A DNA stretch of 64,000 nt, from assembly GCA_963723045.1 (NCBI GenBank), contig CAVROU010000001.1, positions 45,216 through 109,215 of the forward strand, read 5' to 3'. A program made the position numbers and the translations under genes. The DNA is from an uncultured Solirubrobacterales bacterium (GTDB lineage: Bacteria; Actinomycetota; Thermoleophilia; Solirubrobacterales; Solirubrobacteraceae). A model generated the notes under the pieces. That model was not told the DNA's origin, did not search any database, and was given only the letters and a program-made list of their open reading frames with translations. This document shows, one piece after another, positions 29,800 to 38,884 of the stretch. Each line of letters opens with the position of its first letter. Within the stretch, counting starts at the first letter, position 1.

Positions 29800-30840
29800 G
29801 TGTCGCACGGTTGGCCCACTAGATCACTGCTCCCGCGAGCTTTCCGGCTCGTGCCTGTCTTGTGCGCCGTCCTCATCGTTGGGCTCGCTCTGCCCGTTAC
29901 GCAGACGCTGGCGGTTGGCAACGAACGCCCGACGATCGAAGGGACGACGGTGACGGGCATCTCTGCCACCGGTGCGACAGTGGAAGCGCTGATCGATCCG
30001 CGGGGCAACGAAACAACGTATGAAGTTTGGCTTGTATGCCAGCATCCCGTGACCGCTGCTGTCCCCATTTGCGAAGAACCGACGGGAGGGTCGCATCTGC
30101 AGAAAGGGCACATGGCCGCCAGCTTTCTCGATCGCATAGCGAGTGCCAGCCTGACCGGTCTGAAGGGGGGCTACCGCTACATGTATGCGGTCAGCGCGAC
30201 CAGTACGGTCGGCGCCGCCGAGACGCAGTATCAGATCTTTGAAACGGCTCCGCCTGCGGGCTGTCCTAACGGATGCTCCACCCCCATCGTGCCGTACGAA
30301 AACAAGATGACGCAGGCAGGATGGGAAGTATCGGCGGCGGGCGCCGCGGAAGCTATGGCGAGGGCGCATGAACGGGAAGCCAAGGCGCAGGCCGAACGCG
30401 AAGCAGCGGCGAAGGCCAGCCAGCAGGGCACCCCAGCTCCAACCAGCCCGCCGATCACGGCGCCAAGTAGCGTCTCGCTCACCAGCACGGGCATAACAGT
30501 GCAGAGCGGGCACTTCTTGCTGATCGAGCTCGAATGCCTCGGGGCGGCGAGCTGTACCGGGAAGCTCACTCTCTCCGCGAAGATCGCCACCAAGACCAAG
30601 GGCGCGAAGAGGCATTCGCGCACAATCGCGGTCGGTACCGCGGCCTTCTCGATTTCAGGCGATGAAACCAAGACGGTGAAGCTCGCCATCGGCGCCGCCG
30701 GGCGCGCGCTGCTCAGCGCGGACCACGGGCATCTCGCCGCGAGCCTCGCAATCCTCGAACTCCCACCCAGCCCGCCGAGCGCCCTGACGAGGGCCGTGCA
30801 GCTGATTCAGCGGCAGACACGCGTCAAGAAGAGTAAGTAG
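29800..30840 (+). CDS. Secreted protein with FN3-like domain and basic tail
   Basis: Signal peptide; ATVEALIDPRGNETTYEVW is similar to 28364-29245. Confidence 0.75.
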   Translation: MSHGWPTRSLLPRAFRLVPVLCAVLIVGLALPVTQTLAVGNERPTIEGTTVTGISATGATVEALIDPRGNETTYEVWLVCQHPVTAAVPICEEPTGGSHLQKGHMAASFLDRIASASLTGLKGGYRYMYAVSATSTVGAAETQYQIFETAPPAGCPNGCSTPIVPYENKMTQAGWEVSAAGAAEAMARAHEREAKAQAEREAAAKASQQGTPAPTSPPITAPSSVSLTSTGITVQSGHFLLIELECLGAASCTGKLTLSAKIATKTKGAKRHSRTIAVGTAAFSISGDETKTVKLAIGAAGRALLSADHGHLAASLAILELPPSPPSALTRAVQLIQRQTRVKKSK

Positions 30841-30865
30841 CCGCGGCACTCGTCAAGATCGCGGG

Positions 30866-31402
30866 GTGGAGCGAGCACGGAGGAACATCGAGTGCAAGGC
30901 GCGCGACCCGAGCCCGGAGCGTTCGCTGCGCGTGTGCGAGGCGCTGGGGGCGGAGGATCGTGGGGAGATCTGGCAGCGCGACACGTACTTCGAGGTTCGG
31001 CGCGGTGGGTTGAAGCTCCGTGAGGAGCGCCCTGGTGGACCCCATCTCATCCAGTTCGAGCGCGCGCGGGAGGCCCGGCAGCGCGAGAGCCGCTACAGGA
31101 TCATCGAGGTCGACGACGCGAGCGTGCTGCGCGAGGCGCTGATGGCGGCGCTCGGCACGCGCGGCGAGGTGGTGAAGCGCCGGCGCCTGTTCCTGTGGCA
31201 GGGGGTGCGGATACATCTCGACGAGGTGGAGGGGCTGGGGAGGTTCGTCGAGCTGGAGGCCGTCGCGCCGGCGGACTCCGACCTGGTCAACGAGCATCGG
31301 CTCGTGGTCGAGTTGCGCACGGCGTTGGAGATCACCGATGAGCGGCTGGTCGCGCTGGGCTATGCCGAGCAGCTACTGCGCCCGCCCGCCCCGACGCGCT
31401 GA
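30866..31402 (+). CDS. CYTH / class IV adenylate cyclase family protein
   Basis: NIECKAR, QRDTYF, LKLRE, RIHLDEVEGLGRFVELE. Confidence 0.92.
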   Translation: MERARRNIECKARDPSPERSLRVCEALGAEDRGEIWQRDTYFEVRRGGLKLREERPGGPHLIQFERAREARQRESRYRIIEVDDASVLREALMAALGTRGEVVKRRRLFLWQGVRIHLDEVEGLGRFVELEAVAPADSDLVNEHRLVVELRTALEITDERLVALGYAEQLLRPPAPTR

Positions 31403-31619
31403 GCGTGGTCTCAGGCAAAGGCAATGAGGAGGAGCGGCCTACCGGCCGCCAGGGAGCCGCGAAGCGAGGAGTATGGGGATTGCCGAACACGCAGCGCGGT
31501 TGTTTGTGCTCCCCGGGCGGGGCTATCAACGGTGTCCGCCGTTGCGGGTACTCAGCGCACTTGGTGCCGGCGCATCGAGAGGACAGCCGATTCGAGTGGC
31601 TGCTCGGCGAAGCGGTCTG

Positions 31620-32738
31620 TCACCGTGGTTGCGCAGATGCGCCGGAATCCTCCGCGACCTGGTAGAGGCGATTCGTTCCGGGTAGCCACAGCGAGTGGTC
31701 TGCGATAGCGAGCGTGAGGACCGGCTGGGAGGCGACGCTTGAGGGGAGCGGTTGCGGGGCCGCGATGATGGTGCGCGTGGCGGGGTCGACGCCGATGAGT
31801 GTGCCGGCTATGGTGGCGATGGAGGCAGCTGTGGTGGCGGCCGCCCAGACCGTGTGGGGGGATACCGCGATCGCGCCCGTGTTGAAGCTCTCTCCGTGCG
31901 GGGGGCTTGCGGTGAGCCTGACGCTGGCGATCACGCGACCTGAACTGGCGTCGAGCTGGGCGAGTACTGGCTCGCCGCTGGTGCCCGCGCCGCTCTCAAG
32001 CCAGATGCTCCCGTCGCCGGCCGCTAGGGCGAGCGGCGGGCCGGGCAAGCTGAGCGCCTGGGTCCTGACGGCCCCTGATGTGGCGTCGACTCGCACGAGC
32101 GTGGAGTGAGCGGCTTGCGTGAGGACCGTCCACAGCGCTCCAGCGCTGTAGACGACGCCCGGCACGAGCGAGCCGGCGGGGAGATGGATCTCGGCGGTCT
32201 GCTCGCGACGGGCGATATCGACCCGCAGCAGATCTCCTCTGCCGTTCGGTCTGACGCCCAGGATCCACACGCTGCCGGACGCGACCGCCATCGCGGAGAC
32301 CTTTCCCAGACGGGCGAGGCCGATCGGGGCGTCCACCTCCAGTCGGGTCCTCTCGCTGATCTCATACAGCGCGGAGCCTCCGCTCGGATTGGCCCCATTC
32401 GTACTTTCAGTGATCTCCGTGATCCACACGTCCCCCGAGCCGATCGCCATCTTGGGGAACGCCAGCGCGAGGTTGTGGCTGAGGTCGGTCTTCGGCCCCA
32501 GGGGCTGACCCGTCTGCGGGTCGAACTGCTGCACAGCACCCCCGCTACTGAGCCCGTCAACCGAACCGTCAAGCTGACCCCAGAGCTCGCCGCCGCCGGA
32601 GGAGACCAGCTGGAGCTGGCGGACGGCCGGGCCCGGGCTGATCGTCGCACCGCCCGCAAGCGAGACCCAGCCGACGAGGCCCAGTGCCAGCACGAGCGCC
32701 AGCGCACGGAACCATCGCGATATGCCTCGCGCGAGCAC
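31620..32738 (-). CDS. Secreted beta-propeller-like protein
   Basis: Signal peptide; repeated A.G.GS(V/I)W...L.R.D units. Confidence 0.7.
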   Translation of the reverse strand: MLARGISRWFRALALVLALGLVGWVSLAGGATISPGPAVRQLQLVSSGGGELWGQLDGSVDGLSSGGAVQQFDPQTGQPLGPKTDLSHNLALAFPKMAIGSGDVWITEITESTNGANPSGGSALYEISERTRLEVDAPIGLARLGKVSAMAVASGSVWILGVRPNGRGDLLRVDIARREQTAEIHLPAGSLVPGVVYSAGALWTVLTQAAHSTLVRVDATSGAVRTQALSLPGPPLALAAGDGSIWLESGAGTSGEPVLAQLDASSGRVIASVRLTASPPHGESFNTGAIAVSPHTVWAAATTAASIATIAGTLIGVDPATRTIIAAPQPLPSSVASQPVLTLAIADHSLWLPGTNRLYQVAEDSGASAQPR

Positions 32739-32979
32739 TCCCGAGACGATAACGCGCCCACCGGCCCGGCCCTCTCGCGCCCCTGCTCCCAGATCGCGGC
32801 AGCAGCGCGCCGACGGTCAGGAGTACGACGAAGACGCGCTCCTCATCACAGGCTAAGCCGGCCGGTGGAAATCTTGAAACCATGGCCCGTCCCGCTCGCG
32901 CAGCTGCCGGCGAGCACGTCCCTAAGTCGTCCTGGATCATTGGTCCTCACATGTCGTCCAGCCCGGAATGGAGTGGTGC

Positions 32980-33264
32980 ATGGCCTCGCTAGTTCTGAAG
33001 ATGTTCGTCTCGCTCGACGGTTATGTCGCATCGGCTGACGGGAGCTCCGACTGGGTCGCCGCGGGACGCTCTCCTGACGGCGCCGAGTGGGTCCTTGACA
33101 CCGTGAGCAACGCTGGGACGCACCTCATCGGTGCGGCGACCTATGCGATGTGGGCTGGTTTCTGGCCGGGAGCCGTAGGGCCGTTCGCCCAGCCGAACTT
33201 CTGCGGACTGTTGGCACAGATAGTAGCGTCGCCTGCCAGGGTTCGCACAAGCGGCAGAAGATGA
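32980..33264 (+). pseudogene. RibD/DHFR-family protein, truncated
   Basis: LKMFVSLDGYVA...HLIGAATY...FWP; C-terminal half missing. Confidence 0.75.
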
Positions 33265-33341
33265 CACGGTAGCGTCGGCAGAAAGCAGCCGCCACAGTCG
33301 GCTCACTGCACGGGGACCCCGTCAGTGCTGCGAGCGCGAGG

Positions 33342-33800
33342 TCACTGGCCAACAGTTGGAGTGTCGTCCTCGGACGAGGAGGTGAGTTGTGGTCCTGCTG
33401 GCTCCTTCGCGCCGATTACCTCGGTAGCCCACTCTCGCACGGCGATGACGGTCATCAGCGCCTCGGTCCGATCGAGTGGGGCCACGTCGTAGGGGTCGGC
33501 GTAGCGGAACTCGACTGCCCAAGGGGTTAGCGCAACGGCGGCCTTCAGCTCGGGAGTCAGGTCCAACCCGGCGCTCTCGATCAGGTCGCATAGATAGTCG
33601 ATGTCGTGACTGCGCTCGAACGGCACGTCGCGCGCTGTGAGGACCGCCTTGAGCGCCTTCTCGATCGCTTGCTGCGCAAGGAAACCGGCGACGTGGTCGG
33701 GGACGTCAGGCTTATCCGCGAGCGCACGCAGCCCAGCCTCATCGCCACATGCCTTTGCGAGCAGCGCGTCGGCCACGTCCTGCTCGTCACGCTTCGACAA
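33342..33800 (-). CDS. HEPN-domain protein (MNT-HEPN toxin-antitoxin-like pair)
   Basis: FLAQQAIEKALKAVL...ERSHDIDYL...RY; likely TTG start at 33800 overlapping the MNT gene. Confidence 0.88.
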   Translation of the reverse strand: MSKRDEQDVADALLAKACGDEAGLRALADKPDVPDHVAGFLAQQAIEKALKAVLTARDVPFERSHDIDYLCDLIESAGLDLTPELKAAVALTPWAVEFRYADPYDVAPLDRTEALMTVIAVREWATEVIGAKEPAGPQLTSSSEDDTPTVGQ

Positions 33801-34107
33801 GCACCCGGCCCTCGGAAAGTGCGGCGTGAAGCACCGTACCCCGTGCCTGGCCCCACTCCTCGACCTGCGCATCGCTGTAAACGAGCACGTCGATTGGCCG
33901 GCGCATACCGTGCAGCGCGCTGCGCAAGCGCACCATCTCGGCGTGACGGTCGGGCACCTCGGGCTCGATGACGAGGAAGTCGAGGTCGCTCCCGGTGCGC
34001 GCTTCTTCGCGGGCATGTGAACCGAACAGGATCACACGCACCGGCGATCCCGCGGTCTCGGCCAGCGTGTGCGCGGCACGCTCGATATCGGCATCCATGA
34101 GGATCAC
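33787..34107 (-). CDS. Minimal nucleotidyltransferase (MNT)
   Basis: ILFGSHAREEARTGSDLDFLV. Confidence 0.9.
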   Translation of the reverse strand: MILMDADIERAAHTLAETAGSPVRVILFGSHAREEARTGSDLDFLVIEPEVPDRHAEMVRLRSALHGMRRPIDVLVYSDAQVEEWGQARGTVLHAALSEGRVLVEA

Positions 34108-34183
34108 GCTAGCGGACGGGCGGGACGCCGAAGGGCGGCAAGCCCCAAATGAGTTCGATTAGCGAAGTTCGGGTCTCCGAAAA

Positions 34184-34255
34184 TGGGCACGGCTGGTTTC
34201 GAACCAGCGACCTCTCGCGTGTGAAGCGAGCGCTCTCCCGCTGAGCTACGCGCCC
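34184..34255 (-). tRNA. tRNA-Val (anticodon CAC)
   Basis: GGGCGCG/CGTGCCC acceptor stem, TAGCTCAGCGGGAGAGC D-arm, CTCGC-TTCACAC-GCGAG anticodon arm, GGTTCGAAACC T-arm. Confidence 0.96.
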
Positions 34256-35481
34256 TGAGGCCTTGATTCTATTGGGTTTGCGGGGTTGCTGGCCGCCTCG
34301 GCGGATGCCTTCTTGGTGGGCCTGCTGCCCATTGCTGCCCATTCACGGCCCTCCACGAGCGCCTTCAGACGTTCGGGCTCGCCGTCGCGGCGGTTCATCT
34401 GGCGGGCGTAGATCGCCAGTGTGAGGCCCGCCGTGGTGTGCCCCATCTGCGCCATCACGTAGGGCGGCGCCTCGCCGATTGCGAACAGCAGCGAGGCGAA
34501 GGTGCGGCGTAGAGAGTGTGGCGTCAGACCCACGGGCAGCGGCTCGGCCTCGTCTTCAGCGAGCTGCTTGTTGGCCTGCTCGACGGCCTTGGCGAGCATC
34601 CGGCGGCGGACGTTCGTTGCTCCTTGCCGCCGGCCCGTGGCGGTGCCGAAGATGAGCGCATCGCGCGCGGGGTCCAGACGTGCGCGGTAGTGGCCCAGCT
34701 CATCACGGAGCACTGGGAGAATGTTCACGACGCGCACCCCGGCATCCGTCTTGGCAGCCCGCACAGTGATCGTGCTGCGTGCAAGGTCAACGTCTCTCCA
34801 ACGCAGGGCCAGCGCCTCGCCGATCCGCAGGCCGGCGAAGGTGAGCGTGGCGAGCAGCGCGCGCCGCTGACCACGGCAGGTCCGCGCCTGCTGGTCGAGC
34901 CGACCGGCGGCATCGAGCAGCGCCGCTATGTGCTCGGCACGGTCAAGCCACGGGCGGCGGGGTGCGGCGGCTGGAAGCCGGCGGCGTCTGCCGCGTGCCG
35001 GATTGCGGTCGATCAACTCGTACTCGACCGCGGCCTCGAGGATCGCGGCGAGCGTCGCGAGGCTCTTGTTGATCGACGTAGCGTTCAACTTGCCCTCGCG
35101 GACCTTGCCGAGCCGGTAGCGGTCCACGTCCTCGACAGTGATCTGATCCAGACGCCGAGACGCGAACGCGGGCAGCAGGTGGTTTGAGAGTCGCCACTCC
35201 AGGTCGGCACTTCCGGCGTCGCTGAGGCCACCACCGCGACGGCCACCCTCGACCTTCTGGCGCTCGAACCACTCCGAGGCGAAGACATGGAAGGTGGGAA
35301 CCTCACGCGGAGCCTGCACGACCTCCACGACCGGCGGGCGCCAGATTCCGCGCTGTACGTCGGCCATGATGTGCGTGAGCTCGGTCTGCGCCTTCGCCTG
35401 TGTCCAGCCGTCCTCGGCCGTGCCGAGGGTGAGGTACTCGCGCCCCCTCCACGGAGTGGATTGCCTAACCGAGCGACCCAA
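34246..35481 (-). CDS. Tyrosine recombinase / integrase (N-terminus looks degraded)
   Basis: GLRIGEALALRW, AKT, HSLRRTFAS, QMGHT, IYA catalytic residues. Confidence 0.93.
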   Translation of the reverse strand: MGRSVRQSTPWRGREYLTLGTAEDGWTQAKAQTELTHIMADVQRGIWRPPVVEVVQAPREVPTFHVFASEWFERQKVEGGRRGGGLSDAGSADLEWRLSNHLLPAFASRRLDQITVEDVDRYRLGKVREGKLNATSINKSLATLAAILEAAVEYELIDRNPARGRRRRLPAAAPRRPWLDRAEHIAALLDAAGRLDQQARTCRGQRRALLATLTFAGLRIGEALALRWRDVDLARSTITVRAAKTDAGVRVVNILPVLRDELGHYRARLDPARDALIFGTATGRRQGATNVRRRMLAKAVEQANKQLAEDEAEPLPVGLTPHSLRRTFASLLFAIGEAPPYVMAQMGHTTAGLTLAIYARQMNRRDGEPERLKALVEGREWAAMGSRPTKKASAEAASNPANPIESRPQGA

Positions 35482-36020
35482 CAGGGACGAGGTGGACGCC
35501 GCATACTCACCCCTCGGCGCTGCCGTAGACGCCTCGTCTTACAGCTCCGGCGCATGGCTGCCCACCACCCTCCTCGCTGCCCATCACTCCGGGTCCACTA
35601 CTCCGCTCTTGGCCCCGTGCTCGCACCCACCGTCCACTACGTAGCGTCTGCTCGTTTGCGTTCTCTACCTGCTCCCCGTTGTCTGCCGCCCGCGATCCTC
35701 CACCCGTTGCTTTCCTCTTCCTGCCACCTGCTGCCCGGCCATATCAGCGGTCGCCACTGCCGCTGCCGTCTTCTGCCCCGTCACCTGTTCGGTCTTGCCT
35801 CCCTCCCTTCCCGTCTGCCCCTGTTGTTGTTCTCGTCCTGCCACTGCCCCTGCTGCCCGCTCGCTCCCGCTCTTTGCTCTGTGCCTGGCGTTCCTCGACA
35901 AAATGTGTTTTGTCTTGGTCGAGGAAGAGGGTCCCCGGGTTGGAGCGCAGCGGATAGGCGGGGACCCCCTTCCTCGAAGCCCGGCGCAGAGCCAAATTTC
36001 AGGGAGCGAGCGGGCAGCAG

Positions 36021-36100
36021 GGTGTTCATCTAGGTGTTCTCCTTAAAGATGAACACCTAGATGAACACCTAGAAGAACACCCTGGACCCACTACGAACAC
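36021..36100. repeat. 12-bp-period GAACAC direct and inverted repeat cluster
   Basis: GTGTTC at 36022 and 36034; GAACAC at 36051, 36063, 36075 and 36095. Confidence 0.85.
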
Positions 36101-36192
36101 CGACGAATAAGGACTGCTGTGCCCGCCAAGGACGCGCGCGATGAATTGCTCGCGCCAGATCAGGCCCCCAGAAGGCGCAGGAAGCGAGCCAG

Positions 36193-36534
36193 CTATGCGT
36201 GCGCCAGTTCGCGCATCTGGCGTACGGGATGGCGACCTAGCCGGCTCGCGGTTGCGTATGGAGCGGCGTGCCCGTGGGCGCGATGAGTGACGTTCACGCC
36301 GACGCGCCCGCGTAGCCTGTCGATCAGGCTCCGTGGCAGCGGGGTCAACAGCAGCTCGATCTCGTCGCTGACGAGGACGGTTGCGCGGCCCTCCGTGAGA
36401 TTGCGCCAGACGACCTCATCGGCCCACTCCTGGTCGCCGGGAACGAACGCGACCTTGTCGGGGTAGCCGAGGTCGTCGTCGCTGAGCGACGCAGACATGA
36501 ACAGCTCGTGCGTTTTCTCGACGGTGTCGCTCAT
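36193..36534 (-). CDS. Hypothetical protein, coupled partner of 36531-36863
   Basis: ATGA overlap with the upstream gene; acidic N-terminus. Confidence 0.7.
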   Translation of the reverse strand: MSDTVEKTHELFMSASLSDDDLGYPDKVAFVPGDQEWADEVVWRNLTEGRATVLVSDEIELLLTPLPRSLIDRLRGRVGVNVTHRAHGHAAPYATASRLGRHPVRQMRELAHA

Positions 36535-36863
36535 CGGGTGTTCTCCCAGCTACGAACGATATCGCCCCAGCCGCCAAGTAGCTTGACCTCGGCGGCGCGC
36601 ATCGCCTCGTTGACGGGACCCGAGGCAACCACAGGGGCCTGCTTCTCGGAGCGGACATAGCGGTGCTCGTGGTGCTCCTCGGGCGCGTGGGCGTTGTCGA
36701 ACGTCCGCACCGTGTGCCAAACCCCATCGCGCTCGACCAGCAGCAGGATCGCGTACTCGACTGGATGGGCGCTTGAACGCTGAACCACAACAAGCACATC
36801 GGGGGCGAGGAACAGTTCTCGTGTTCGGTCCTTGGGCACGGCCCGGATGATTCCAGGACCCAA
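36531..36863 (-). CDS. Small protein resembling DUF6516/TumE-like toxin families
   Basis: YAILLL...VRTFDNAHAPEEHHEHRY. Confidence 0.6.
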   Translation of the reverse strand: MGPGIIRAVPKDRTRELFLAPDVLVVVQRSSAHPVEYAILLLVERDGVWHTVRTFDNAHAPEEHHEHRYVRSEKQAPVVASGPVNEAMRAAEVKLLGGWGDIVRSWENTR

Positions 36864-36934
36864 GGCGGCAACTTACCCTTGAGAGGGTTGGAAGATCTCA
36901 CGATTGTGTCTCGGTGTGCCTGGCACGGGATCGC

Positions 36935-37531
36935 CTATGTGGGATGAAAGTCGGGCATAGGATGCTGACCCAACCAGTGCTTGAGTGGACTCGACGGGTC
37001 AACCTGGCCATTGCCTTCGCTCAAGAGGCTCTGCAACTCGTCTGGGTCGGGGAACGTGGCTGGTGGCAGTTGCTCCTCGCCGCGCATGAAGTAGGCGAGT
37101 GTGACGCGAGCGTTGGCTACGGCGCGGGCTACCACGTGGCGTGGAATCTCCTTGGAAGTGCGATCCCCATGCACGACCTCCATGAGCAACGGCCCGATGG
37201 TCTCGTAGCGCCGCAGTAGCTCCGGCTGGCGCAGACGCGAAGAGTAAGCGACCCATGCGTCCCCCCAATGCTCGTATGCCTCCCGGTAGCGGTCTTCCAA
37301 CGTGGGAGCACCCCGCTCACGGGTGACAGAGCCTCGGTCGAGTGCGGCTGAGGCATACACCAGGGCTTCGTCAAGCCGTTCTGCGACCAGTAGCTCCCGC
37401 TGCCGGCGCTCTCGCTCCCGCTCCTCCGCACTGATCTGCTTGCGGGTGAGCGTGGAGCCAACCGCGTTGAGCACAACGCCCAACACCACGCCACCAAGCC
37501 CAAAGAGGCCACTGGTTACAGCCGAAGACAC
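36935..37531 (-). CDS. Hypothetical protein with N-terminal TM segment
   Basis: GLFGLGGVVLGVVL followed by a charged helix. Confidence 0.7.
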   Translation of the reverse strand: MSSAVTSGLFGLGGVVLGVVLNAVGSTLTRKQISAEERERERRQRELLVAERLDEALVYASAALDRGSVTRERGAPTLEDRYREAYEHWGDAWVAYSSRLRQPELLRRYETIGPLLMEVVHGDRTSKEIPRHVVARAVANARVTLAYFMRGEEQLPPATFPDPDELQSLLSEGNGQVDPSSPLKHWLGQHPMPDFHPT

Positions 37532-37730
37532 AGCAACATCATCGCCTTGGGTTCAGACACGTTCAGGGCGAGTTGGTCCAGATCGAAGAACATCTATGCG
37601 TTTGGGCAGCAGCCCATTCCGCTGCCCAAACCGCATCAAATCGCCCCCAATCCGGTCGCATCGAAACTAAGAGCTGAGGGCCAAAAACCCTGATGAGCGC
37701 TGAAAACTGGCTTCCACGCCCAACCGCCAA

Positions 37731-37963
37731 CTCGCGTGTGAAGCGAGCGCTCTCCCGCTGAGCTACGCGCCCTGAACGCCTGATTCTATTGGTTTGCGGG
37801 TTGCTGGCCGCCTCGGCGGATGCCTTCTTGGTGGGCCTGCTGCCCATTCACGGCCCTCCACGAGTCCTTCGGCACGGCCCGGATGATTCCAGGACCCAAG
37901 GCGGCAACTTACCCTTGAGAGGGTTGGAGATCTCACGATTGTGTCTCGGCGTGCCTGGCACGG
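37731..37963 (-). repeat. att site (tRNA-Val 5' half) plus internally deleted copy of the adjacent element
   Basis: 37731-37864 closely matches 34214-34359; 37871-37963 closely matches 36835-36928. Confidence 0.88.
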
Positions 37964-38046
37964 TCAGCGGGGTTGCCGGCCGGCTCGAAGGCACCCACCG
38001 AGGGGCCTGTGCCCATTCGTGCCCAAGCGCGGCTCGGACCGCTCCG

Positions 38047-38877
38047 TCAACTCCCCGTAGCCAAAGCCGCCGGCCGTGGCGCCAGCCGCGCGTTGGCGGG
38101 GGAGTAGAAGCGGGCGAGTCCTTCGACCTCGCCGGCGGGAAGCGCGGCGCCGAAGCTCGCGGGGCCGCCGAGGCGACGGTAGGCGGCGGTGAGGTATTCG
38201 CCGATCGAGCTGAGGTTGTAGTGGCCGTCATAGACACAGCCGATGTAGAGGCTGGCGTTGGTGCGCAGGAAGCGCAGGGCGGCGGGCGAGGCGCTTGCCA
38301 GCTGGCGGCTCACCGACGCGGGTACGACGCCCTGGGCGGCTATGCTCTGGATTGAGATCCCCCGCCGGGGCACGGACGCCTGCAGCGAGGATTCGCCGGG
38401 CGCTTCGCCTGCCGCTGCACCCGCGGCGGCTGCGGAGAGCGTGAACGTCCAGCCGCGCTGCGTGAGTCCTTCGTAGGAGAGGAGCAGTCCGGCGATGGCG
38501 GCCGCCGCGCCGGTGAGTTCCCCGGCGTAGGAGATGAAGCGGGGCGTGGCGATCCGCTGGGCCTGTACTCCGGCTGTGGCGATCGCCCGCTGCTCGGCGG
38601 AGGAGACCAGCGCGGGGAGCCCGTGCGCGACCGTCGGCCAGGCGGCCTTGGAGGCGGTCACCTCGCGCTCCACCGAGCGCTCGGCGCCGCGCAGGCCGTG
38701 GCTGACGATGACGAGGTCGGTGCGCTCCAGCTTGCGCTGTGCGGGGGTGTTCCCGGGTTCGAGCGCCTTCGCGGCGCCTCCGCTTGAGCCGCCGCAGCCG
38801 GCGAGGGCAAGCGCGAGTGCGCCTGCCGCGAGCAGTCCTGCTGCCGACAGCCCCCTCGCGAGCCGCGGCCGTGCCAC
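38047..38877 (-). CDS. Putative lipoprotein
   Basis: Lipobox LAGC after a hydrophobic stretch. Confidence 0.78.
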   Translation of the reverse strand: MARPRLARGLSAAGLLAAGALALALAGCGGSSGGAAKALEPGNTPAQRKLERTDLVIVSHGLRGAERSVEREVTASKAAWPTVAHGLPALVSSAEQRAIATAGVQAQRIATPRFISYAGELTGAAAAIAGLLLSYEGLTQRGWTFTLSAAAAGAAAGEAPGESSLQASVPRRGISIQSIAAQGVVPASVSRQLASASPAALRFLRTNASLYIGCVYDGHYNLSSIGEYLTAAYRRLGGPASFGAALPAGEVEGLARFYSPANARLAPRPAALATGS

Positions 38878-38884
38878 GGGCGCG

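Noticed and set aside
36021-36100. CRISPR array or LexA box
   Set aside because: No unique spacers or cas genes; spacing does not fit GAAC-N4-GTTC
27339-37963. Prophage
   Set aside because: No capsid, terminase, tail or lysis genes
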